Notes under the pieces: model-generated
The model's database searches: none
What the model saw: only the letters and a program-made list of their open reading frames with translations
What the model was told of the DNA's origin: nothing
Part shown: positions 22,801 to 29,368 of the stretch, piece after piece
Layout: every line of letters starts with the position of its first letter
Numbering within the stretch: the first letter of the stretch is position 1
Origin: a virus
Taxonomy: Duplodnaviria; Caudoviricetes
Direction: 5' to 3' (one strand)
Length of the DNA stretch: 41,378 nt
Virus record (IMG/VR): IMGVR_UViG_3300031628_000009
Coordinates: 1 to 41,378 of that record
Program-made: the position numbers and the translations under genes

Positions 22801-22943
22801 TGATGTATGACAAAAATACTAGCGGTACGCTAAATATCGTAGAAAGAGCATTATATACTACATTGGGACATAATTTCTCACAAAATGATAGAATATTTGT
22901 ACTAGATACTCCATTAGCATTAGTGTTACAAGACCAGAAATAA
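13860..22943 (+). CDS. Giant virion structural protein (baseplate wedge gp7-like position) with accessory repeats
   Basis: 3027-aa uninterrupted ORF right after gp6. IYDFLPGHL start and EYVRETKPYHAKIRE near the C-terminus, with Ser/Thr-rich internal repeats. Confidence 0.65.
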   Translation: MAKKIYDFLPGHLKNRELESIFETTLDRAFSVGEMEKTKAFVGRKEKGIFKTSDIYLSFPEQSYARDNYGLEPVFTNADASDNVFYDDLLNALYNKGALTNDHRRLFNSKSSLRTVALPIDLDKFINYSMYYWVSTSFHASITGSENKHYVTINTDKTKTYGTGSWWSTNNYWYHYDDIKDLIQDANFDEISQAKRPIIEFDQHIELSAESTSKSLSDTNWELPTFKSYNSTGTYQRDIKIFHYVIGESYVTDAELGFKPKLKAGDFQSEYVFNIDLLDSLRYNWKADASTNSYKSLTMSTTFDYRNLRQEVGDHLTISEIELLQSPKDYDSIDLYVNGQKQLGNYTYSEATKKITIETAVSGNIYVDYCTSTPVIYEGKTVFQRINPALEYNVDNKSYVNSDMTFSLVYEHFVRIIESTPTLTGDADAINNYRNIGDDTDKLRHADKGSILVTNLIDIKEAYFALTREDYNPIKGTEFLSNSYNSYKNKFLTTVIEALADGSSTTKTDLQIVEEAISAISLGKHTSVSIFRDSTMLNFGEKHAHYQQLDVTVIDNATEQVMPSFTDAILYDKNIVVILNNVIQRFNVDYTLSSGATEINFTTARSSSDIITVRHYTNIKETYIPPSATSLNIRPAYVPEIITDSGYSTPVKFIKGHDGSLVPAYPLVDGGTNRIDTILLAFETLIFNNLTDNTNSTIDSMNYAMYSSATNDYSSAEKKYIMYPFFKKWMMRNSIDNLTNESYDVTDYKTWNYRVKNETFSGNWRGQLIHAYGTDRPLIEPWKAMKLSQKPANFDSVWGATYTTVAFWNNLISNNSLTCPVPVDASGNLKTPANLFFGGVFTASDIALADQAWEFGDNSPVELAWTRSSEFAFAEFLLMLLSNPFEIMNTYKTQIADIISYSNKNEGINNTVVIADKLNYSFKLGSKLGGFVNNFKLQTENNSLSNSRFTELPEDNFDLFVHDGVPNRSEFFSAIVVEKVSTAAAHPVYALADTSTYYKGLVVLNTSDGKYYKRKIDGVSAKETAAAITFDYASWTLISQPKVDKFGFRIHGYDEINPTFYAMGWDKASGEKAFSTEGDRLTVTPWQSGEYYRMDSYTLWNNAPYVCLNNHTSTNFDDNLKEWKPVSEWPTTNKVQAIGYNELVNDTLKNYNYGDILDTVDDVAHLIMGYEHYLNLVGWEFTDSSEFGEQVDWENLLYKFLEWQSENNKVGDFITLTPLLTGGRFKTDYGVASVATETFKNYYRMVDSSGRLIPNSEVNFHTDGSTLTFTSNVPIYGMKMDIRDVEHAFVVDRIDSYEDVIYDPHSHTRNLRMQIDCNRTIDWDGTMTVDGYIVHNDELIPNFDTMIAETQHYRDTLVDQGLSIINKLKSNHYGYTTKAYLTNHGIERESQLEFYKGFLAHKSTVSSINKIVNNNGDFENITHSDIWAIKLSEYGHKSSKFTMTKDVTVSDMIQDPFLIEYTDISKEFTPVVNKSNIAIKTTGYVNESDVSYITSTYDSLTSLTATSLYEGDTAWVQSDAEREWDVVRLSEVAEISYVGETSDNQLYIGTASPISTSSIAKPIYLKISADEINPIIAGYYLLSTNGSKTVSGSTVHEYLVFEEDFEPLTVEIDSTTTNSVFVPTNTNSGVEAIGSVSNPVFSSGDIIAIDGTNFTYTPSGGTSTGISILGTVANSIVAEGEQASFVVYNDAGLVENGTNTTVTFSGTVATTTGAFSSTQGDQVTIDGTTVTVGYSATDTISNTTTATRSSTLTTGNTVIIDGITKTITDLSLTGTVASPVMPSTKPLTINGDTITLSSGANLAAIVIAINSGTSSVVASTSGSNLVLTTSVSQLTMTGGSLIDLGLSTTNAYTDSKLDNLATDLTTITNITATVSANNRMTVVSSGTQMIISGTALTELGITAGTYLTSSAPTADSIVAQINALSVSGVTATVVTGTVKITSINHNLDIVEVTSGAMSRLGFATTTIAIDATDRIVSDLNTQVFSGATVTAVKSDRQVKITSSEKSIVASNIIGNSLSDMGITAGTYSNSSSSSPSALEFASQITSASDIVVGISSDGRMIFTNNTVQMSFSGTTTSILTKIGLVLTYSNVTSSANFKAMLWKSIRYTPGFNGSTRTEFETDLGLNSASKLWIDNYDTNGWGVLSYNPVSGTSVHAKQATVINSNLTKRLIVKDGEEFTIHHIYDPLNLKISGSIMSKLDYVMWTDPAKYDTTTSNDLWLDEKLNTMWWDTELARYYRYNDYGDASGNLNIDFVRKYWGKTVDSSTILVKKWTKSRTLPLATTSYNSKTYYDTDAGKEITEYFFWSSTDADAKDISILLAADGPKNKFLPVGKRSVVISNNSKSYNSDTITASTEYQIEDGIEKEHTDWKMLPQDTSTPIPKEFIDDLTNSISGITISTTYATKLTAPQLSNVNFAIVTPVDSNNIQFITGLTVDDIVVTTNGMTVEAQYLTIESNTLKINQDHTMTVGDVLRVYKVIETTDNWFTRKYTARDNFVAVINSAMSNKLLLSSYSNYTQYIDTDDIIFSLGDWYLNDSFKKITSFSYLSNTREFDMIEQYEKGIKSFKIKLPTHDEYYFEHNGKLQLVNRTKSSLNISLRLDSLVYPETKTAGTFVIGKQYEILTTGTTDFTLVGAGSNSSGSRFTATGVGSGTGTAFDNYYNNAVGIQIQELMNMIRTHSDTSFVNNIFYSMIDYLYTEKSYPSWLFKTSYFDLDLHSRPLKQHAIYQRDSEADILEYVRETKPYHAKIREIKRINKASDKAILTTTIDEKLKLTLDFGKASRYAEMVYDGISDTDIADGDYEQGELLRYRTTSTNVAGGFDTGEVSARTVESSVVIIQNYKNGGADADIHASDGNLAGFTLDKTEFYVYDVYGRGYNVPIKDWGTLSENWTITAGSFVIGREYTVTKTGTTDFTLVGAADSKVGTVFTATGIGAGTGTARGPFILTALTGTATAQELSASKNNKKLIAVQSISNPDNVEFMMYDKNTSGTLNIVERALYTTLGHNFSQNDRIFVLDTPLALVLQDQK
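19212..20124 (+). repeat. About five degenerate protein repeats of 55-60 aa (flagellin hook-IN-like) in the giant protein
   Basis: Units such as LAAIVIAINSGTSSVVASTSGSNLVLT and ADSIVAQINALSVSGVTATVVTGTVKITS, ending in LIDLGL / LTELGITAGTY / MSRLGF / LSDMGITAGTY / LTKIGL. Confidence 0.65.
21684..21824 (+). repeat. 47-aa beta-rich module, copy 1
   Basis: TAGTFVIGKQYEILTTGTTDFTLVGAGSNSSGSRFTATGVGSGTGTA; 31/47 identical to copy 2 by manual count. Confidence 0.9.
22536..22676 (+). repeat. 47-aa beta-rich module, copy 2
   Basis: TAGSFVIGREYTVTKTGTTDFTLVGAADSKVGTVFTATGIGAGTGTA. Confidence 0.9.
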
Positions 22944-22959
22944 TTCTATTAGAATAGAA
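22944..22959. repeat. Short inverted repeat TTCTATT-AG-AATAGAA
   Basis: Perfect 7-bp arms immediately after the giant gene stop and before tandem late promoters. Confidence 0.5.
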
Positions 22960-22974
22960 GTATTGATAGGAACG

Positions 22975-22999
22975 TATAAATACAATAGATGATAAATAT
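22975..22999 (+). promoter_or_regulatory. Tandem T4-like late promoters (TATAAATAC and GATAAATAT)
   Basis: Exact T4 TATAAATA at 22975-22982 and GATAAATA at 22991-22998, intergenic before structural genes. Confidence 0.75.
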
Positions 23000-23029
23000 A
23001 AGATATAATCTAAGAGACGGATATAAAAC

Positions 23030-23689
23030 ATGTTTAAAGACGTAATAAAATCACAAGTAGTAGGTACACTCAAAATCTATGATAAAGAGAGTGGAGAAGT
23101 ACTTGTACAAAAGAAAAATGCGATTCATCCAGGAAATATGGCATATGTCTTGGCTTCGGCTATGGCAGGTAAAGCAACGAGTGTAAACTCGTCTGGCTCA
23201 TCACCTCATATTAATTGGATGCAATTTGGCAAGGGCGGTAGCACCTCAACTACTACTTTATCTTATCGTTCTCCTAGAGTCTATCCGACGTATGACCAAC
23301 TAGCAATAACGGCAAGTAACGCTTCATTATATGTTCCGACGTACGAACAGACAACAACGAATACTGTATATTTTCCAGGAGAGGATATGGGGGCTGGGGA
23401 AATAGTACCAAATAACACGGCAAAAGTAAAATTTAGTGTTGATGTAAGTCACACAAAATATGCAACGGCTGTGGGAGTGACGATTCCAACAAGTGATAGT
23501 TCGGCAACAGCAACACAAGCCGAATCTTTTACATTTGATGAAATAGGACTTCTATCTGGAGTAACCAATAGTGGTGCTTTAGATAAAACAAAAACATTAA
23601 TGATGACGCACGTAACTTTCCATCCCGTGTTACTTGCGGCAAACAGAACTATTGTAATTGATTACACAGTTACAATACAAATTAGTTAA
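23030..23689 (+). CDS. Putative baseplate/tail-fibre attachment structural protein
   Basis: KKNAIH near the start and FTFDEIGL...MTHVTFHPVLLAANRTIVIDYTVTI C-terminus, resembling tail-collar/baseplate proteins. Late promoter upstream. Confidence 0.5.
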   Translation: MFKDVIKSQVVGTLKIYDKESGEVLVQKKNAIHPGNMAYVLASAMAGKATSVNSSGSSPHINWMQFGKGGSTSTTTLSYRSPRVYPTYDQLAITASNASLYVPTYEQTTTNTVYFPGEDMGAGEIVPNNTAKVKFSVDVSHTKYATAVGVTIPTSDSSATATQAESFTFDEIGLLSGVTNSGALDKTKTLMMTHVTFHPVLLAANRTIVIDYTVTIQIS

Positions 23690-23706
23690 AATTTAGGAGT
23701 ATAACA

Positions 23707-24618
23707 ATGGCTTCAGGCTCAACAATCAATCAAGCAGACCTAGACAATCTGCGTAGTAAATTAAATGAAATTCTAAATGGAACTGGGGTACATGGCGGTT
23801 ATAATCAATCACATTCAATCTCGGCAAATCCTTCAGCAGGTGATGTCATAGATGATGCATTTTTTGATTCAATCTATAGTGCGGCAGCAAAATTATCGAA
23901 TTTTTACAACATAACAAACACATTAACGGCTGTTAATGCAGGCGATGTAGTCGACTGGGACCAATATGGTGCAGTTGCTGGTGCTTTCGTAACAGCAATC
24001 GACACACGTTTCGATAATCCTTGGAACTATTCAGACTGGGACACAAGTGTTCAAAATGAATCATCACAAACAGCGGCAAACTGGAACGGTACTAGAACTC
24101 AAATCGTTAAATTCGAGTTTGGTTCAACGGCTAACATGAATGCTTGGTTCGCCGCAGGTGGGGAACTTAGAGTTTCAGCATCACATAGTGATTCATCATC
24201 AAACCAACAAGGAACATCTTGGGAACAACTAACTGGTGAATTAGGTACTTTTACTTACTCAGTAAGACCACAAGATTCAAGTTCAGTAGATGCACGTACA
24301 CGTTACAAGTACACTGACTTAACTGGTTCTTATGTAGTTCATAAGAAAGAAATTGCAGACGATTCTGACTATAGTGCAAACTATATCCAAGTTTCTGCTA
24401 ATGTTTCTGGCGGTGACTTATATATTAAAACAGAATTAGCAGATGCTCACGTTGCCCGTGGTGGCAGTGGCTCTGGTTATGGTGGAGCATGGTCTTGGAC
24501 TGGTGCTGATACTGTACCTGGAACATCAACTGTTACGATTGCATCAAAGAAGTTAACAAACGCAAGTGGTTCAGTTACTTTAACTAATCCAACTAGCACT
24601 GTTACTGACGCATTATAA
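23707..24618 (+). CDS. Virion structural protein (paralog A)
   Basis: Gly/Ser/Thr-rich; GTGVHGGYNQ and NAWFAAGGELRVS blocks shared with the next gene. AGGAG RBS. Confidence 0.55.
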   Translation: MASGSTINQADLDNLRSKLNEILNGTGVHGGYNQSHSISANPSAGDVIDDAFFDSIYSAAAKLSNFYNITNTLTAVNAGDVVDWDQYGAVAGAFVTAIDTRFDNPWNYSDWDTSVQNESSQTAANWNGTRTQIVKFEFGSTANMNAWFAAGGELRVSASHSDSSSNQQGTSWEQLTGELGTFTYSVRPQDSSSVDARTRYKYTDLTGSYVVHKKEIADDSDYSANYIQVSANVSGGDLYIKTELADAHVARGGSGSGYGGAWSWTGADTVPGTSTVTIASKKLTNASGSVTLTNPTSTVTDAL

Positions 24619-24642
24619 TTTAAAAATTGTGGGAAGATTTAG

Positions 24643-25620
24643 ATGGCACCACAGAGTTATTATTTAACAGGTTTATCAGCAAAGCAGGATTTAGTTAAAA
24701 TTTTTAACTCTTTTGCAGACGATATCAACGACATAGTTGGTATCGGAACATCAGATTCGGGATATGGTCAAAATCATCTCGTTGTCGCTAAGGCTACGAA
24801 AGAAGTGACAACATCATTGTGGAATGAACTTTTGACCTCAATGTTATATGCAGGAAGACATCAAGGTACCCCACTATTTTCACCAGTCAGCACGTCAAGT
24901 GTTGGCTGGCCAACAGACGACCCATACCAAGCAGTTCCTACGATAACAACAGATATCGCAAATATAGTAGGAAACAAACTAAACAGTGCATTGGGTTACA
25001 TGTCCTTACAGGCAAATAAGATATCATCAGCAAAAGCATACGTAGACCCAAATGGTAGTCCTGGTACACCTATCTGGACTAGTGCAAACCAAATATATTA
25101 TGAATCGAAAGTTCAATTCTCTGATGCTGACGCACGTAGGCACTTTTTTAATTCTGGTGGTGAAATTAGAATTGATTCTATAATCACTGGCCATGATGCC
25201 TCTCACGCACAAAGCCTTGATTGGAAAACAATGCTAGACAATATTGCTATCGTTAAGATAAAGCATTCTATAACAGAAGCATCTACGGGTGCAGGCACAG
25301 AAGGTTATGGCTTTAGTATGTTTAGTACATCATATCAAGTTGTATATTCAAAAGGTGGTACAGGAGATTATTCTGGAAACCAATTAAATGTATCTGCAAA
25401 ACTATCAGGAACTGCTGATATAGAGATTAAACTAGCATTCGATGATTCCCACGCGGCAGATTCAGGTGTATGGAATACTCCACCGTATTCTGGAAGTTGG
25501 ACAGGAACTGACTATGTTGCTGGTAATTTGGCTGTTACTTTTGACGAATTCATACCAACAGACACACCAGATGGGGTAAACCTTTCTTCTCCAAATTATT
25601 CTCATATTTCTGAACTTTAG
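24643..25620 (+). CDS. Virion structural protein (paralog B)
   Basis: GIGTSDSGYGQ and RHFFNSGGEIRID blocks; similar length and layout to paralog A. Confidence 0.55.
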   Translation: MAPQSYYLTGLSAKQDLVKIFNSFADDINDIVGIGTSDSGYGQNHLVVAKATKEVTTSLWNELLTSMLYAGRHQGTPLFSPVSTSSVGWPTDDPYQAVPTITTDIANIVGNKLNSALGYMSLQANKISSAKAYVDPNGSPGTPIWTSANQIYYESKVQFSDADARRHFFNSGGEIRIDSIITGHDASHAQSLDWKTMLDNIAIVKIKHSITEASTGAGTEGYGFSMFSTSYQVVYSKGGTGDYSGNQLNVSAKLSGTADIEIKLAFDDSHAADSGVWNTPPYSGSWTGTDYVAGNLAVTFDEFIPTDTPDGVNLSSPNYSHISEL

Positions 25621-25622
25621 AC

Positions 25623-25651
25623 TTGACTTTTAGGGCATTTTACTGTATTAT
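25623..25651 (+). promoter_or_regulatory. sigma70-type promoter heading the modification operon
   Basis: TTGACT (25623-25628), 17-nt spacer, TATTAT (25646-25651), then AGGAG RBS before 25676. Confidence 0.65.
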
Positions 25652-25675
25652 TAACACTAATACAGGAGATAAATT

Positions 25676-26062
25676 ATGGCCGATAACACAACTGAAGTAT
25701 CACAGGAACAAGAAGCACAACAGCGGTTAGAGAAAGCATTAAACTTTTCTAATACAATGAAGACTTTCAATCTAAACAAAAACAATCTAAAAGTTAAAAC
25801 ACAAAACTTATTAAGTTTTAGTACTGCTGGTGGTTCATTCTCTGTTGACCAATCACTCATATCTTTTATGAACTTTGTTGTTTCTAGTGGTAAAACAGAA
25901 ATAACTCTACTTGATAAGAATGAAATTCCAATTCATATAGAAGACACATCAAAATTCCTAGACGAAGTATCAAGTCTATATTTCGAAGTTGTGAACGATT
26001 ACTATCACGACTATCAGAAATTAAGAAGTTCACGTAAAATAGAAAAAGTACTAGAGATTTAA
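25676..26062 (+). CDS. Hypothetical protein, first gene of the modification operon (possibly chaperone-like)
   Basis: 128-aa ORF with strong RBS and no recognisable catalytic motif. Confidence 0.6.
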   Translation: MADNTTEVSQEQEAQQRLEKALNFSNTMKTFNLNKNNLKVKTQNLLSFSTAGGSFSVDQSLISFMNFVVSSGKTEITLLDKNEIPIHIEDTSKFLDEVSSLYFEVVNDYYHDYQKLRSSRKIEKVLEI

Positions 26063-26063
26063 T

Positions 26064-26969
26064 ATGAGTCGAGGCATTATAATATTTGCCCAGAATAATG
26101 GGTACATTGACTACGCTCAACAGGCATGTGCCTGTGCTGGTTATGCCAGAAAGAGTCTGTCTTTATTTGACGAAATATGTCTAATAACTAATACAGAGAC
26201 ACTAGAAGCAAGTGAAGGCTTGATTAATAGTTACTTTGATAAAGTTATAGTAACAGACGTATTCCAACCAGACAATATAAGATTGTTTAAAGACACAACA
26301 CGTGAAACAGAATACGCATCATTTAAAAACATGGGCAGAAGTGACGTGTATGCTCTATCACCCTATGACGAAACTCTGGTAATAGACAGTGATTATTTCA
26401 TTATGAACAATGTTTTAGACCAGGTATGGGACAGTGATAATGATGTAATGATTAACTGTAAATACCGAGATGTATCAGAACGTCATAAAGAGAACATAGA
26501 ATACCTTGATAACTTTAGTATTCCGATGTATTGGGCAACTGTATTCTATTTTAAAAAATCAGAACTTGCTGAAAACTTATTCACTATTATAAACCACATA
26601 AAACATAATTATAAGTATTATTATTACCTATATAACTGTAGCGGTAGTCTATATAGAAATGACTTTGCATTTTCAATGGCGTTACATATACTGAATGGTA
26701 GCGTTGCGTTTGACGTGCCATCGTTGCCAATAGAATATCTCAACAATAGTTTCGACCTTGATGACATTTACAGAATAAATTCACATGGTGATATTATAAT
26801 GTACTGTGCAGATGCTGAAAGAATTACAGAACATATCTTATCGAAGTTTACTAACACAGACTTACATATTATGAATAAGAAAGCAGTAGGAAGATTCATT
26901 GATGACTTTTTATCAAACGGAGAAAAGGTTAATGCGAGTCATTCTCATTTGGAGAAAATAGATGAGTAA
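26064..26969 (+). CDS. GT-A fold glycosyltransferase-like protein (GT8/mannosyltransferase-like)
   Basis: RGIIIFA start, LSPYDETLVIDSDY (DxD), and later RNDFAFSMA. Confidence 0.7.
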   Translation: MSRGIIIFAQNNGYIDYAQQACACAGYARKSLSLFDEICLITNTETLEASEGLINSYFDKVIVTDVFQPDNIRLFKDTTRETEYASFKNMGRSDVYALSPYDETLVIDSDYFIMNNVLDQVWDSDNDVMINCKYRDVSERHKENIEYLDNFSIPMYWATVFYFKKSELAENLFTIINHIKHNYKYYYYLYNCSGSLYRNDFAFSMALHILNGSVAFDVPSLPIEYLNNSFDLDDIYRINSHGDIIMYCADAERITEHILSKFTNTDLHIMNKKAVGRFIDDFLSNGEKVNASHSHLEKIDE

Positions 26970-27819
26970 AGGATATATAACTATCGCACAGAACAGCGAA
27001 GACATTGATTACTTAGAAATGTCTTATGCTCTTGCTCTTAGTTTGAAAGCGACCCAAGAGAACAGTAATTTATGTGTCTGTGTAGACGAAGAAACAAAGA
27101 AGTTAATAACTGCCAAGCATAAAAAAGTATTTGATGCTATAGTTGATATTCCTTGGAATGACGATGCTAAAGGAGATAAGTGGAAGATACATAATAAGTG
27201 GAAATATCCACATATGACTCCTTATGATGAAACTATTATACTTGACAGTGATATGATATTTACAAACAGCGTTGACCACTGGTGGGATTATCTTTCTAAG
27301 AAAGATGTTTGGTGTTGCACGAATGTAAAAACATTTCGTAACGAAGATGTGACTAGTGACTACTACCGAAAGAAGTTCACTCAATTAAATCTACCAAACA
27401 TCTATAGTAACTTTACTTACTTTAAGAAATCAGAATTAACTTTTGAATTCTTTAGAATGGTAGAGTTAATTATGGTTCATTGGAACGTATACTTTGATAA
27501 GTTTCTTAAAGGAATTGGACAGAATTGGATGAGTGCGGACGTAGCATATGCGTTAGCAATTCAATTATTAGATATCGAAGAACAAACATGTGATTATGAT
27601 ATCAAAGATGTTCCTACTTTCGTTCATATGAAAAGTATGATTCAAAATGTACCAACAAATCAAATAGAGAGTAACTGGACACGGAGTATAACTAGCGAAT
27701 TAAGTGATGACTTATCAGTTAAGATTGGTAATTTCACTCAAACATTGCCTGTCCATTATGTAGAAAAGAATTGGATGGACAGTAACAAGATTAAACAACT
27801 TGAGGATGCAGTATTATGA
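26962..27819 (+). CDS. GT-A fold glycosyltransferase-like protein, paralog of the preceding gene
   Basis: KGYITIAQN, MTPYDETIILDSDM (DxD), SADVAYALA and FVHMK. Confidence 0.7.
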   Translation: MSKGYITIAQNSEDIDYLEMSYALALSLKATQENSNLCVCVDEETKKLITAKHKKVFDAIVDIPWNDDAKGDKWKIHNKWKYPHMTPYDETIILDSDMIFTNSVDHWWDYLSKKDVWCCTNVKTFRNEDVTSDYYRKKFTQLNLPNIYSNFTYFKKSELTFEFFRMVELIMVHWNVYFDKFLKGIGQNWMSADVAYALAIQLLDIEEQTCDYDIKDVPTFVHMKSMIQNVPTNQIESNWTRSITSELSDDLSVKIGNFTQTLPVHYVEKNWMDSNKIKQLEDAVL

Positions 27820-28388
27820 TAAGTCTTATACATAAAACTGATACTTGTCGTGCTGTTTATTTCGATGGGTTCAGTAATATATCACAGATAACAAACCAAA
27901 TACTAGACACTAAAGATTTATTTGCATGGTTTGAGATTGAAGATATTACACCATTCCTCGATGGCAGTCTTAAATTCTCTGATTATATAGTAAGTAGAAC
28001 TGATAATCCATTAGTGTATGAGATTATAAAAACAAGAGTTGATATCAAACGAAGAAACAAAGACAATCAATTACATAAGGTAGTGTCATCAGATGATGCA
28101 GATATTACTCTTTCATTAACAGATGACGGAATACTATTTGAGGCAAATGATAAACTAAAGAAAAGTATAGGGGTTGACCCTAACCAACTAGTAAGTGTTG
28201 CTGGGAAATCAGAACACGTATTCTTTATAACACACAAAGATAGACCAGAGTTTCTAATTAAGACAGTACTGATACCATTTTCTGAATTGTTATCTACTGG
28301 AAAACACGTTAACTTGTTATATAATAAATACAGTATAAGTGTGTATACACAGAAGTATTTTGACAAGTATTCGTGGAGAAAAGTATGA
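27816..28388 (+). CDS. Hypothetical protein
   Basis: 190-aa ORF with ATGA overlaps on both sides. Confidence 0.6.
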   Translation: MISLIHKTDTCRAVYFDGFSNISQITNQILDTKDLFAWFEIEDITPFLDGSLKFSDYIVSRTDNPLVYEIIKTRVDIKRRNKDNQLHKVVSSDDADITLSLTDDGILFEANDKLKKSIGVDPNQLVSVAGKSEHVFFITHKDRPEFLIKTVLIPFSELLSTGKHVNLLYNKYSISVYTQKYFDKYSWRKV

Positions 28389-29368
28389 AAGAAACAAAAG
28401 TAGTTCTTGGTGACTTAGATGTATTCTATATTAGTTACGATGAACCTGCAAAAGAAGAACATTGGTCAAATCTAATAATGAAGTTCCCATTTGCTAAAAG
28501 AGTAGATGGAGTAAAAGGATTTGATAACGCACACAAAGAGTGTGCAAGACAAAGTGAAACTAGTAGATTTATTACCATTGATGGTGATAACATCGTTGAC
28601 GAAAAGTTTTTTGACTTAGAGATTACTTTTCCAGCAAACACAGACTTAGAAAACTCTATTGTTAGTTGGAGTGCTAAGAATATGGTCAATGGATTAGTAT
28701 ACGGCAATGGCGGTATTAAATGTTGGCCGGTAGACTTAGTGTTAGAAATGAGAACACATGAGAACGCAGAAGACGAAACAAAGAAAGTAGACTTTTGTTG
28801 GGACCTAAACTATATCCAAATGAACAATATTTACTCTCAAGTACTCAACGCAGGTTCACCTTTTCAGGCGTTTCGTGCAGGATATCGTGAAGGTGTAAAG
28901 ATGGCACTAGACGAGGGGAATAAAGTACCAGTCGAAGACTTTCAAAAAAGAATATGGCCGAAGAACTATGAAAGACTATTAACCTGGTGTAATATTGGTG
29001 CTGATGTAGAGAATGGCATATGGGCTTGCTTTGGCGCAAGACTAGGGTGTTATGATGTCAACTTTGTAGAAGACTACAAACTAGAAAACATCTCTTCTTT
29101 TGATTGGTTCAAGACTTACTTCGAAGAAGAAGTATTGCCATTATGCGAAGGTGGCGATGAGAAGTGTTCTAGGACTGGGGTAGAATGGGACTATGATAAA
29201 TTGTTTGATGAATGCTTACGTGTTGGTGATATTCTTACTGATAAGATAGGAATGGAAATAGTGGACCCTACGCCAGAACTAGCAAGATACTGGAAAAGAA
29301 CTTATAATAATCCACCAAGAGTGAATAATCCACTTGCAACAGAGAAGCAAACTGGCTGGGATAGATAA
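28385..29368 (+). CDS. Glycosyltransferase-like protein (GT-A, DxD)
   Basis: DVFYISYDEP, RVDGVKGFDNAHKECA and FITIDGDNIV. Start moved to ATG 28385 (ATGA overlap with GGAG upstream). Confidence 0.55.
   Translation: MKETKVVLGDLDVFYISYDEPAKEEHWSNLIMKFPFAKRVDGVKGFDNAHKECARQSETSRFITIDGDNIVDEKFFDLEITFPANTDLENSIVSWSAKNMVNGLVYGNGGIKCWPVDLVLEMRTHENAEDETKKVDFCWDLNYIQMNNIYSQVLNAGSPFQAFRAGYREGVKMALDEGNKVPVEDFQKRIWPKNYERLLTWCNIGADVENGIWACFGARLGCYDVNFVEDYKLENISSFDWFKTYFEEEVLPLCEGGDEKCSRTGVEWDYDKLFDECLRVGDILTDKIGMEIVDPTPELARYWKRTYNNPPRVNNPLATEKQTGWDR

Noticed and set aside
1171-25620. Bacterial contractile injection system or T6SS locus
   Set aside because: gp55, gp47 and T4-type late promoters point to a lytic phage genome.
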